Assembly: GCA_002633005.1 (NCBI GenBank)
Contig: NMRA01000109.1
Location: 148,971 to 212,970, forward strand
DNA length: 64,000 nucleotides
Source: Phoronis australis
Taxonomy: Eukaryota > Animalia > Phoronida
Reading direction: 5' to 3'
Below the pieces are notes generated by a model. That model ran no database searches. It worked only from the letters and a program-made list of their open reading frames with translations, and had not been told where the DNA came from. Position numbers and translations under genes: made by a program. Positions 1 through 11,909 of this stretch are shown one piece after another. How positions within the stretch are numbered: the first letter of the stretch is position 1; every line of letters begins with the position of its first letter.

Positions 1-9
1 TATTGAAAC

Positions 10-158
10 TAGTGGCAGATTTAGAGGGGGGCCATGCTCCCCCCTAAAATTCTCCCAGATTCCAATTGACTGTTTGGGGGTGCGAATGTCTGACGGTCAA
101 AATCCTGGCTAATACCGTGCCCTGGCCCCCCTAACTCAAAATCCTGGATCCTCACCTG
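10..158. mobile_element. Short non-autonomous DNA transposon (MITE), same family as 53615-53735 in opposite orientation
   Basis: Starts tagtggcagatttagaggggg and ends aaatcctggatcctcacctg; flanked by the 5-bp direct repeat gaaac. Its reverse complement aligns with 53615-53735. Confidence 0.65.
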
Positions 159-1237
159 GAAACATTTCAATGGTTGTTCAATACAATGACTATTAATATT
201 GCGGCATAGCTTTTTTAAGTATATTTGATTTGCACTAAACTGTTGCTGTCCCATACAGTGGGTCGGTAAAGGAAGGCTTTCTTAAGTGGAAAGTTACTTG
301 TTTGGGTCGTCAGTCTTTTCGTGCGACAATCTCATCTACATTGTACACAAAATAATCAATTGCACAGAATTCGAACATTTTCTTGGGAATTTTTGAGTGA
401 GTGGTATAAGCATTCCCTCCAGATTTCCCAATTCCTACTCATGTGCATACTTTTTGTGTTTTCACACCATGTCATAGACATCTAAAGCTATGGCAGACTG
501 GAGCTTTTGGGTTGAGATTCAGTGGTTGCTGTGTCGTGTTATTTGATTTCTCATTGAATTAGAGTAGAACTCGCTAACTTGTATCCAGTGAGACTGAGAT
601 ATTTGGAGGCGTTATTGTGGAATTAATGCTAACCTTTCTAAAGTTCCCACTGAAGCACTACCAATTTAGAGAGTTCTACTGTATAAGAAGAGAGCAGAAG
701 ATTCAGTCTCGATTTCAGACTATGGCCCAGATTCAAAACTTTTATTTTTTATGTAACAGCCATACTGTTCAATGAGTTCGCTTCAAGCACACAAACTGGA
801 CTCCAATGAGACCAATTCCTCTGTTTACCTAGGTAATCTATAAGTTCAACTGATGTTGAGTTTAGAGGTTTATAATGTAGTCCTAGTTAAATTACACTTG
901 TCATGACCATGTTATTATAAGTAACCAGATTGATGAGCATCAATAAATGCTGCTCGCTGTGTTAATTATTTACCATTCTGAAACCACAGAAGTCTATTCA
1001 TGGAATGCCTACTTCAATTTCATGCCGCTGGGGTTGCACTTCGATTGCATTCGTTTGTTACGATGTTTGATCTTTCTATGGAATTTGTCACTACAACTTT
1101 TTTGCAACTCGTTTGAATTACATAAAACTAGTCCCCAAGTAACAAGTTTTTATAACAGAATACATAGGTCATGTGGAGGAGTTGGCATTCCAGGGCTAAG
1201 ACAACTGTTGATATCTATAAATGGGTGAAACTTTTAA

Positions 1238-2600
1238 TTAAGAAAATCCTTGGAACTCAAGTCTTCCTCATTTCCTGGCGGAGGGTAGAAAGCTGTGATG
1301 CAGGCTACTGCACATGTTGGAATGACAACACGGACTGTTCATCCTAAGTGACCGTGTACCCATCTTTGGAACTGTCTGTAGGCCACGTGTCAAATCCTTT
1401 TATCCAAGGGTCTGTCATAGCCATCAGGACATTGGCTTTTGTACTGCAACCATGCAGTCTCCAAAACACCACGATTGATGTATACGGGTTTAAACCTCCA
1501 TGCTCCACAATACATATTTTCTCTGTGTTAGTTGTCACGCTTCATTTCTTCATCAAGTTTTGTGCAACAACCTTGTCAACCTCTTGGTAACATACTCTTT
1601 CTTCAACAACTGAGGTTGTCTGACAGTTGCCCCAGGTGCACCTGCAAGATGTGTCAACAATAATACATTATTTCAGTAAACATCAAAATTTCGAATTGAA
1701 AAATTTACCAAGAGTGCCTCTACCAAGTTGAGGGGTCTGCATACGACTTAAGTTTTCAGGAAAATTGGTTGGAACATCACAACCTATTTATTTTTTGTAC
1801 AAATTGATCATATATAGTAAAGATATTTACTTTTCATACAAATGAATAGTGCTACACTCAAAGCAGTGGTAGATCATGCCCGGGAGAAATAGTAAAGGAC
1901 ATTAGTTGTTTGATTTTTTAGCTGACCCTAAGACAAAAGGTCGTTGCCCTGATTCATTGATGGAGGGGACTGTTTTGTATGTAGTCGCAAGACCTGTTTT
2001 CCCAATCTGAATCCTATCGGCACCCACATACCATTAATCAAACTAGACAATGACAATGGGGCAAACCAACTTGAAAAGCAGTGTTGCCAGTCAAAGGGTC
2101 GCCCACATTTTAAATATTACAGTATACATTAAAACTTCTTGATATGCTATATAGGCAATCACCAATCCAATGGTATGCTCTTTTTACGCTATAGAAACTC
2201 TACTAAAAAAGACCAAGTTATAATTCGCGGTTGTAGGATACATATTGATAATATTCTTACCAATCACTAACATCTAATCGCAACTCCTGCGCACCTTCAG
2301 CCTGTTGACGTTCACAGGAAGAACCCGCTGGGAGTGAGTCTTCGGCGACCAGAGAAAGGGCCGTGAAAAGGATCGAGGGAGAACGGCTCCACTACAGAAA
2401 AGCAGATGAACACATGTTGTTCCTCTGGGATCTGTCACCTCTACCTCCAAATCCGAAAGGTCGGAATCATCTGAAAAGTCCACCTGTCCGTCCCTGTATA
2501 ATTCAAAGTATTCCTCATCTACGCTGCTCTACTCACTTGGACACATATTGCTTCCTTTGTGTTCCCCAACACCACGTCACAGATGTGCAACGAACGAAAA
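1238..2600 (-). pseudogene. Spliced pseudogene of a KolX / P2X7 cytoplasmic-ballast-like protein (Kolobok accessory gene)
   Basis: Minus-strand exons end at 2537 (donor gtgagt), then 2493-2261 (donor gtaaga) and 1641-1238. With stops and frameshifts they read ...RLDVSDW|CTWGNCQ..EERVCYQE..CIVEHGG..VLETAWLQY..HVAYRQFQRWVHGHLG*TVRVVIPTCAV..YPPP..FQGF. This matches the WCxCGxC / AYRQF..W..G.LG...R..IP.C pattern of the ballast domain. A Kolobok-style end (cctct|ttaa) lies at 2781. Confidence 0.8.
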
Positions 2601-3284
2601 TGGCGCCGTTTCTAATCTCCGTTACAACGATGGCGTTACAACACCACGGCACTAAATACGTAAATAACTTTGTATAGCGGCGTACAATTCAGTTAATGTT
2701 AAGAATATAGCAATGATAATTATAAACTAGAATTTAGACCATATTGTTGTTCAGATTGGTTAGAACCTTGCAATTTCCTCTTTAATGTCAAGCATTCCAG
2801 AAGTTCATTATGGTTGACTCATTGTGAAAACGGATTACAAGTATTTTGTACCCATTACTGTGGCAATATGGCCATCTATCTTTACAAGAAATGTGGGACG
2901 TAGCTAAAAGGTAGAGACGCTTCGACAGAATTGTTCTTCATCATGTAGGCGTACATCTAAACCATGTGAAAACCAAGTATGGTTGTAAAACACAGTGAAT
3001 GCATATGATGATCTCCGTCGAAACTCAAAAGTGCTGTCCCCCATTCTAGTTAATTGCTCAACGATCCTCTGCACTTACAATTAAGATACTGCTAATCCAA
3101 ACGTGAAGTGATACTGAACACGATGTAAACATTAACTTCTCCCGACCCGGGTGTTCTTTATAGTCCAGCTGAAAGCTGGCACTCTGTCCTTACTTTTAAG
3201 GCTCTTTCGTACTATTTAACTCTTGTCTGAGTAGAGCTTCGTCGTAAACTGCGAGGTTAACTGAACCGTTTATACCGTCTTCAG

Positions 3285-3308
3285 TAATTAACGGACATCA
3301 AACGGTAG
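3285..3308 (+). CDS. Candidate 24-nt phase-1 micro-exon (xINGHQTV)
   Basis: ccgtcttcag|TAATTAACGGACATCAAACGGTAG|gtgagg. Open in phase 1. Flanks are not clearly homologous to the other cassettes, and a competing donor lies 4 nt upstream. Confidence 0.45.
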
Positions 3309-3883
3309 GTGAGGCTGTTTTATGGAAGGAATCGCAAGGTAGCGCTTGTTCATTGCATGTACGCTGAAACTTTTTAAAGTAACAGTTTATTAACATGTAC
3401 TGTACATGTGCTAATTGACATAAAATATAGAAACTGCTAGCTGTATAAATTCAAGGTTATGTAATGTAAATTAATTTCAATTGAATATGATCTGTATTTA
3501 ATGTTTTATTAACTTATTACAAATTAATATATCCAATATGTCCAACAACATATTTTTTCAGGTTATAGCGGAGTAAGACAAGTATTATTGACTCATCATT
3601 TTCCAAGACGGCTTTGCCAAAATTGGTTAGTCGGCATAAGAGCAAATATGTAACATACGTATATTAATATTAAATTCGTTGCTTCTAATGATGTCCCATT
3701 CTGAAATGACGAAAGAGCCCATGTCGGGTTTCTTACATGTTGTTATTACAAGTCACATGTGGTTGGCATTATTGAACAATGTATGGTCATTATAATAAAT
3801 AAACAATAAATGTACAACATTTACTCCTTTAACATTTAAAATTCCTTAACAGATCAATTTATTTCGTAATCTATGTTTTACAG

Positions 3884-3904
3884 CTGGGCCAGTGAGCACC
3901 AAGG
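3884..3904 (+). CDS. 21-nt phase-1 micro-exon (AGPVSTK)
   Basis: aatctatgttttacag|CTGGGCCAGTGAGCACCAAGG|gtgagt. The acceptor context and ACCAAGG ending are shared with downstream micro-exons. Confidence 0.75.
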
Positions 3905-5351
3905 GTGAGTAGTTAATATACGTTATAGCCGGATTATCCCCTGGTGCCAATCGGTTAAGTGGGTTCACAAGGTATCCCGAATTGATGATTGAACGATCGC
4001 TTTTGAAATTCGTGGATTTTTGTAACAGAAGTCATTTACAACTGTTCTGAGTCCCTAAGTATTGGGGTCTATTTGCAAATTGACGTCAAACAACATATGA
4101 CCTTTTTGTGATTTATTCTTTGCGAAAAGCGATAACAAGGTAGTCATGACACCACAAGCGTTTCTTAACCATTACTGTTGCTGTTACAACACCTTCCGTA
4201 AAAATATTTACTTTACCGTAGCTAAAGGTTACATACGCCGTGATGGAATTGTTCTGCACCTCCCTTGTAGTAAACGTGCTGATAACCGGCTATCAGTGTG
4301 CCTTACAACCATGCTATGGTTGTAAGTCGCACTCATCGCAACCTAAGTCACCCTACAAAACATGTTAATGCCAGCTGCAATTATGCAAATACGACGATCT
4401 GCTGAGCACCTGAAAGAGCATGTGGCCCCATCCAGCCAAGTTCCTAGCGAGCCCATGCAGTGAGAGGTAAGCTCATTCTAATCCAAAAATATTTATGCGA
4501 CTGAACAGTATTCAAGAATTAAATTCTCACGTTCCGAGAGTTCCCTATTTCCAATTTCGTTATACATGGAAACTTCTTGCAGTGTACTTACACACGTAGT
4601 CCCACCGCGGTCACCGGTACTTTGCTAAACCAATCAAAAACAATGTGGTGTATTCAAAGAATAAACTTAATCTGTTGGACAATTGACAATCGAATTTGTT
4701 TAATAAATACCATGCGAATCGCAAATAACCTAACACTAAGGTGGTATCGATACAGTTTGAAGGGCAACATAGTTGTTCCTAAAGTGATGTACAAAAGCTC
4801 AGGCCATGGGAATAGAGGGTAATGCCCGGTGATTTTCTGATTTACTACGAGGTACAAAACTGGAAAAAGTTTATTAATTACAGAAAAGAAGAAACCATTC
4901 CACTATATTACCTATTACAACACATATTTTCAAGCTTTGGGCTAAGTTGCCCTTTTGGGCTTATCCCTGAGACACGATCTCTTTCCTTACGCATGTAAAA
5001 ACTCATTAAAATGGAAGGGTGTGTATGTGTTGCAACTCAAACTCAATTGAATGTTAACTGCATTTTATATTTGATTGACTTGGATCTAAATTGTTTCTTA
5101 ATATATCACTGCGTGTACCTACCTTTTTAGACTGTAGAAGAGTAAGACGGTTACTGTTATTTCACCCCTTTTACTGTTTTGCCAAATTTGTCTTGTCCGT
5201 ATTCGATGTTGTGTTGCTATTTTGTATCATTCTGAAGTTATGATTGAGTTCAATTAAGGTATGGTATTACAATTCATGAAATTATTATAAAAATGTCACT
5301 TTAACAAATAAATGCTTTATTTTATAGGTCCTAACAAAATTGCTACTGAAC

Positions 5352-6950
5352 AAAGAGCTTCAAAATTTGTATGCCACAAGAGATGAGCTAGCTGAGCATG
5401 ATGGCATTAATCTGAGAGGAAATCGGATCTAAATACGATCTCCAACCACAATACCAATGTACATTGCGCACATGCAGGAACTGAAGCAACTATTCGCAGC
5501 GCTAAAGACAAACTCTTTTTGTCAAAAATGACTCAACTGATCTCAGAGTTTGTTGTAAGATCTGAGCCGTGCAACAGACACAGCTAAACGTCATCAAAAT
5601 ATCCTCTTAAGCCCCTTGGTCTGTAGTTGCAACGGTGAACAGTTCATCTTGACCGTCAACCGTTACCCTGACTGATATGAGATCGTCAGTCTAAACGAGA
5701 TCTCTCCTAAGAATGCCATCTTGAAGTTGAAGCAACATTTTGCAAGGTTTTGTGTACCTGAGATTTTCATCACAGCAGTGGTAATCAATATGTGTCGCAA
5801 GACTTTAGGTTTTACACTGGACAATGGAAGATCCATCACGAGACCAGCTCACCGCATTTACATAGCAACAGCGGACTTACTGAAGGAGCTGTATAGTTTT
5901 TTCCCAAATATCCTTCCGCGACAGATATGATCTTCACCTGAGCCTGTTGACAATCCGAGACACTGTGCTGGGTTCATACGGTCAAAGACTCATGGCAAGA
6001 CGTACCCGTATAAACATACCGATCACTTCAGACCTGCAGAAGCAAGAAGTATGATATCTGAAAGACGTTTTTCAACGTGTTGCGTTACTCCGGCAGCAAG
6101 ATGAATCAATGCGTGACTGAAGTGCAAAATCCCTATCTATTTTACATCCTGGTGACTCAGAATTCAGACAAAAAAGGATATGACGCCAATGGTCAAGTTC
6201 TACCGTAAACCGAAGAACCACAATCGTTTTGGGTGCAGCTCTAGCAGTACCGGAGTTTATCGTGGTGACAGGGAACTTTATGATCTCCAGCTTACCAAAT
6301 CACGTCCAATAGAACTACGTCACCCTCCTTTGCCATAACACATCACCCACCCAGGAGTTGACATCCATCTCTTCATATGGAAACAATGTGAAACTAAATG
6401 TAACATCAAAACAGAAGAGAATACATGTCGAAAGATGTGATTACAAGACCTGACAGAAAAAACTTTCATTCAATCAAAGTTCCAAAACTGATCACTATTA
6501 CACCTTATGATGGAATCTCAGAATCTTTGTAGTTCAGAACTTTGATTCTCGTAATAGTGTTAAACTGTTTAACTCACAACTGTTTACGCATTACTAAACT
6601 CCTTATTCAGATATAACGCTCTGTCTGTTACTTTACTACCATGGATGTGTTTTTATCTTGTGATCGTTACTAAGTATCTACACAAAAAGGAGCCAAATTG
6701 TCATTGATGCTTTGGCGTGAGAACCCTAGACGGTAGTGAGACACTGAGACTCTAGTATTTATATACTTTATGCCATGTAATATCAATTTCTTATATACCC
6801 TGCAATTGGTGACACTGCTGGTGTTGCTGGATATGCCATCTTCTTATAAATGTATCGAGAAACATTGTCTGATCTTTAACTCATCAAACTGGTTTGCACG
6901 TATCTGAACAAGGCTGTTGTAACGCCATCAATAACGTTGAACTAACAGTA
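5352..6950 (+). mobile_element. Decayed Ty3/Gypsy retrotransposon 3' part (integrase region, possible PPT/LTR near 6685-6950)
   Basis: Frameshifted peptides ELQNLYATRDELAEHDGINLRGNRI, HIAH and DNG resemble the Gypsy integrase zinc-binding and core regions. A purine run aaaaaggag precedes tgtcatt at 6699. Confidence 0.65.
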
Positions 6951-9900
6951 TTTTAGAGTCACTACATGAGAAAGTCAGGCAGATGCGGGAACATGACATG
7001 TCACGGATTTTTTGAAATATAGCTTTAGTTTACTCTTAGGTGGAATGTCAACACCTAAAATAATTTTATTTAAAATATCTAACTTCTTCACAGAAAAGTG
7101 CCCCTTCGAAATTTTTGGCGAGTTTCTGGCTTCAGAAACCATCAAATTTTTATGTTGCATCACTGTGCAACAACGTCAAATTAACAGAATCTAAGAATGG
7201 CATACTGAATAAACACAACTTGAGTCTACGGGGAAATTTTAAAATGGTATTCGCAAGTTAGCTGCTTTGCTACTTTTTCAAACCACCCGAGTCAAGCTGT
7301 GTAACTGATGGAAAAGCCCTTCATTCGATCGTTATTTCTTTTACGGCGCAACTTCACTCAGAAAAGTGACATACTACATGTGAAAGCTGAGCCTTTGTAG
7401 AGTACATATATATTAAAATATTTGTGGACAGCAATCTGTCTGTCCTGCATGCTTCGATTGAAACCACCCACTTTGCTGATATCGGTCGTCCTGTTCGCCA
7501 ATACTGTCACACTCCCATTAACAAACGAATCAATTTCTAAAGATTTATGAGTAACAAAAACGATGTCAACAAGATCAATAAGATTTTTCAAAGCTCAAAA
7601 TCTGAATTACATTCCAATTGTTTCGGCTGGTGCTCAGAACTCTACAATTAAAGCTGAAATTGCGGCCTCAAAAAGTTTGCAATTGTCGGTCCTGTAATGT
7701 CTACTTGACATCTAGTAACGTACAGTGGTTCCGAAAAATAGGAACCTATATTAACACGAGGCACTCCAAAATCATGCTTGATTGAATGGTTATTGCTAAC
7801 AATACCTTTTAAGTACCGAAAACCCACGGGGAGTACTGATCCTGTAAAGGTGGAAATCTTTTGGGTAGTAATTAATTTTTCTGCTGTTCATCAGATGACG
7901 CACCGACTTACCGAGTCGTAAAAATGAATCTTCCGTTGAAGAAGTTGTGCTCAAATAAAACGCAGTGCGAAGTCAGTATTTTAGGGCGATCCCAAGCGTG
8001 AAACTTTGAGAAATCTTACATTTTAGGCTAACTATTAAATGCACGGAAAACATATAATGGCTACTGCTATTTCTATTGGAGTGTTTTCGCTAACCTCCAC
8101 TCAACAGTTCTTGAAGCAACGTTTCAGCCAGTTGTGAGAATGGACAAAATCTGAATTAGAGATGTACATAAAAATACTACATAGGGCAAGGAATGTCATT
8201 GCTAAATCTGGGCATCAGATTTAAACCACTAGCAGATCTAGAATTTCTAAAGGGGCAATTGCAGTGGTGCTATGAATTTGAAATACAGACAGACTACAAT
8301 TAAGTCAAATTATTTAACGGAAGGTATCGTTGAAGTTAACTGTTTTGTTATCTAATACTCACGGAAACTCTGTCTTTCAACACACAGAAAAACACATCAG
8401 TGCAGTATTTATTACACATGAAATTTGGTCGTGGTTGACATCGAGCTATAGATAGGACACTTAAGTTTCCCACCTGTAAATTGATCATAGTGCTTATATG
8501 TATTGTACCAGTGTGGGTATTAAAGCTGGTGGTCAACGTTAAGTTTTGGATATCAAGATCTTTGATCAAAAGAAGTAAAAATGAAACCATAGTCTACATC
8601 ACACTGTAATTTTTGTTAACATCATACAAAACAGGAAAAACGGAAAGCTACCAAGATTGCACCTCGGGCAGCATGCTTCCAAGGATGTTAATAATATGTA
8701 ATACATGAAATTAAAAACCTCTAGGTGGTACAGCATACATTATATTCATCTGTCATATTCTTGCCAAATTCCATACATCAAGATACTTGGTTGATACAGG
8801 ATCACTAGAGGACGCCACAGCTCTCAGATATATCCTAAAATTTTTGCCGGGCATACTCTCCTCAATGATTTAACATATAAATCAACTTTCACCCAGATTC
8901 ATCAACAGAACTTCGTAAATATTGCGGCGAAGATAAACAAACAAATTGCCACTCCAGGCGCCTCGGTGATTGCACCCATCAGAAAACCTGTCAGATTGTG
9001 ATCATCTCAATATGAACACATGAGCAAAATTTCATAACTATCCTCCAAGCAATTTCAAGGACAGAGAGACTGCTGCCAGAAATAATTATCTCTAGCTGCA
9101 CAGACTATTTTAAATCCAGCCAAAAATAGCAGTTTGTTCTCGTATCCTCAACAAAAACAAATATACCATATTGCACGAAAATACATCAAGAAACTTGGTA
9201 GATATAGAGGCATACATAAAGACAACCTTTATTGCCATTAAGCTGTGCTGTAGTGGGTCGTAGGCATAGGTGGGCGCAACCAAACACCTTTTGGCATTTG
9301 AACGTAGTGCCTACGCACCAAAAGTTACGTTCAGCGCTCAAGGTGATACGGTGGACTTTGGGTGCCTACTTACCATTTATTTTACCACTACGGCACTACC
9401 ATAGGAGATCGTCCAATCAACAATCAGTGTCAGTCGTGCTCATCTCAATGTCAAAATTTCTGTACAGATTACATAGGTACGCAAGGAAATAGGAAAGTGT
9501 GTCTGCCTCCATAACTGATACTTAATTGCGAAATTTGATGAAAAACAGTCAAGGAACTTGCTAAATATAGAGACTAACATGAAGAAGTAAAGTTGCCACT
9601 AGGGGCCCAGTGTTAGTCAAATACATCCCAAAACTCTCTTGTATCATCGCATTTGTAAAATTTCACAATCACCAAGGATTTAAAGATGCAGCAGCAGATG
9701 CCAGACAAAAAGACCGGGATGACAGCATAATGGGCCTACACACACACATATATATACTATATCAAATTTAAAATTCGTGACATGTCATGTTCGCATATTG
9801 CGCATTGCCTGACGTTCTCATGCAGTGACTCTTAAAGCTACAAAAATATTACTGAAAATGTGCAGTTTTAAGCACATCTCTTTTACATGAGAATAAAACC

Positions 9901-11639
9901 TTTTATTAGAATACGCTACCTGAGTGCGTATCTTTAATTGAACTTCAATGTATGGGTAAGGGTGGACAAAAGTTACGTACGTAAAATACACAAAATAACC
10001 CAGTTTTCCCTGTTATCAATGTCTACGTTGTCGGAATTCAAGATGCGCATCAACGTTCCTGTCGGACTAGGTTGTTTAACTTAAAGCCTTTTTGCAACTT
10101 TGACAAATGTACGTTTGGTTTCTACAGTAAGTTAAGTCCACTAGAGCCATAAATTCCCAAATGTGACTAACTGTTAGGCGAATTGGCTTGCTTTTGTCAC
10201 CGCGAGAATTGGCATTTAATTCAAACAGCTGTGAATAACACCCTCACGCAATGGTGTTCTTTTTCATGCAACCTTTTGCTGTTTTTGCTGGAATCTCGCC
10301 TTGACGCAACATGGTACAAAAAGGCAACTTCACTTATCATTTGCCGAGCTTACATTTGTGTGATTGATCTAGCGTTTTCTTATTTTACTAGGGCTTTTCT
10401 AGGACTATCTGGTTAGCCCAAATACATCTAAAATAGCAAAACTCCGTTGGAGTTAGGCTTTAAGTTTTGATGCTGGACAGTATTCAAATGGAAGCGTCAG
10501 ACTTTGGCCACTGGTACAGTTATTTTTTGTCGTGAACTTCCTTGAGATTTCATTATTTTCATAACTTGCATTAATGTCCACACATTCCAACTGATTTCAG
10601 ATAGCGCGCCTCATTCTAAAGGGACGAATGAGTGCACTTCGGGCTCTATAGATTTTCATTACAATCCATAGGTGGACGGACTTACATTGTACATGTCATT
10701 ATAACGAATGTATATTGCTATTATCCCATATATGTGAAAATGTAGATATTGTATATGTGACGTATTCAACTGTGATATACAGGAAAGTAGAACCAACCCG
10801 TATACAACGGTAGAAGCCGTGTTTCACGATTGGTGAGCAGTCTCCTAGCTGGTGGAATAAATTCGCAAATGCAACGCCAATTTTGATTGAGCTCGTTCTT
10901 TTGGGTTACCTAAATCATTATTACAAGGCCTAGTTCCTGGAAAATCAGTTTTACTGCTCTAAAAACAAACCAGATTTATCAATGAAAAGTCCGACGCTTG
11001 GTGATCATACGGCTATTTTTTCCTTGCTGAAGTTTCAATCTGGGACAAGCTAAATAGCGTCTCCTGTCAATAAAATCAGCCAAAAATCCGATTCAAATGC
11101 ATGGAAAACGTTTCACCATGGATCCACACAGTATGTGTTCACTGAGATCTAAGGTCTTTACAAGAAATTGCGACCTAATAAAGAGTATGTGTTTTTACTG
11201 AGACGATAATCTGCTTGCAGCGTTCAACTGTCCGTGGCTGCCAGTTGACTCGTAGCGTAAAGTCTGATTTTTGCGATAGAGTCCTTACCTCAAGTTTTGT
11301 AAATCCGCACAGTTTCCACTGTTATTTTCCAATGCTGTTATCAAAACGGGAATTGTTTCTATTGCTATTTACAGTCCAAAAGCTAAGGCAGGAAAATTCA
11401 CCAGCAAAACTAAGAAATTCATTGAAGCTAAAACCACATACTGCTGCACAACCAGGTTCAGGGAATATTCAATTTTTATATTCCCGGATGCATTGTTTCT
11501 AAGTTTCCGACAAACCTTTGACATTATTGAACAGTACAGAGCTTTAACACGTATATTTACTAGGCATACATATAACAACAAATCTGAACACACCGCAACA
11601 AGATATTGCCACGATGTTACAAGTTCATATATATGGGAT

Positions 11640-11815
11640 AAATAGTATTCCATATACATAGGAATACTACTGCGATACCCATCACGAATTCATTTCATCT
11701 GGGAATGTCCCAAGTCAACCTTCGGTCTCATCGGGATATATCCAGGTGAAATGAATTTTCGACAGGATATGGCAGTAGTATTCCTATGTACATGTATGTG
11801 GAATAACCTATATTT
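11640..11815. mobile_element. Hairpin MITE
   Basis: Arms tattcca..cataggaatactactgc...attcatttcatctgg and ccaggtgaaatgaat...gcagtagtattcctatg..tggaata are near reverse complements. Confidence 0.7.
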
Positions 11816-11885
11816 AACACATAAGTAATACATGTATTTGTAAATGCTTAAAAGAACAGCGTACTTCTTTATGTATGATTTTCAG

Positions 11886-11909
11886 GTTCTAGGAAGACTG
11901 TTTTCAAAC
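11886..11909 (+). CDS. 24-nt phase-1 micro-exon (GSRKTVFK)
   Basis: tatgattttcag|GTTCTAGGAAGACTGTTTTCAAAC|gtgagtatttaata. The downstream intron is homologous to the other cassettes. Confidence 0.75.

Noticed and set aside
3562-3572. Possible 11-nt exon (ttttcag|gttatagcgga|gtaaga) and a similar one at 5131-5141
   Set aside because: Not a multiple of 3, and joining to the neighbouring phase-1 exons gives stops or frameshifts. They could be decayed or non-coding exons, but this is unsupported.
8640-9760. Possible old non-LTR retrotransposon 3' fragment on the + strand
   Set aside because: No diagnostic motif could be read with confidence.
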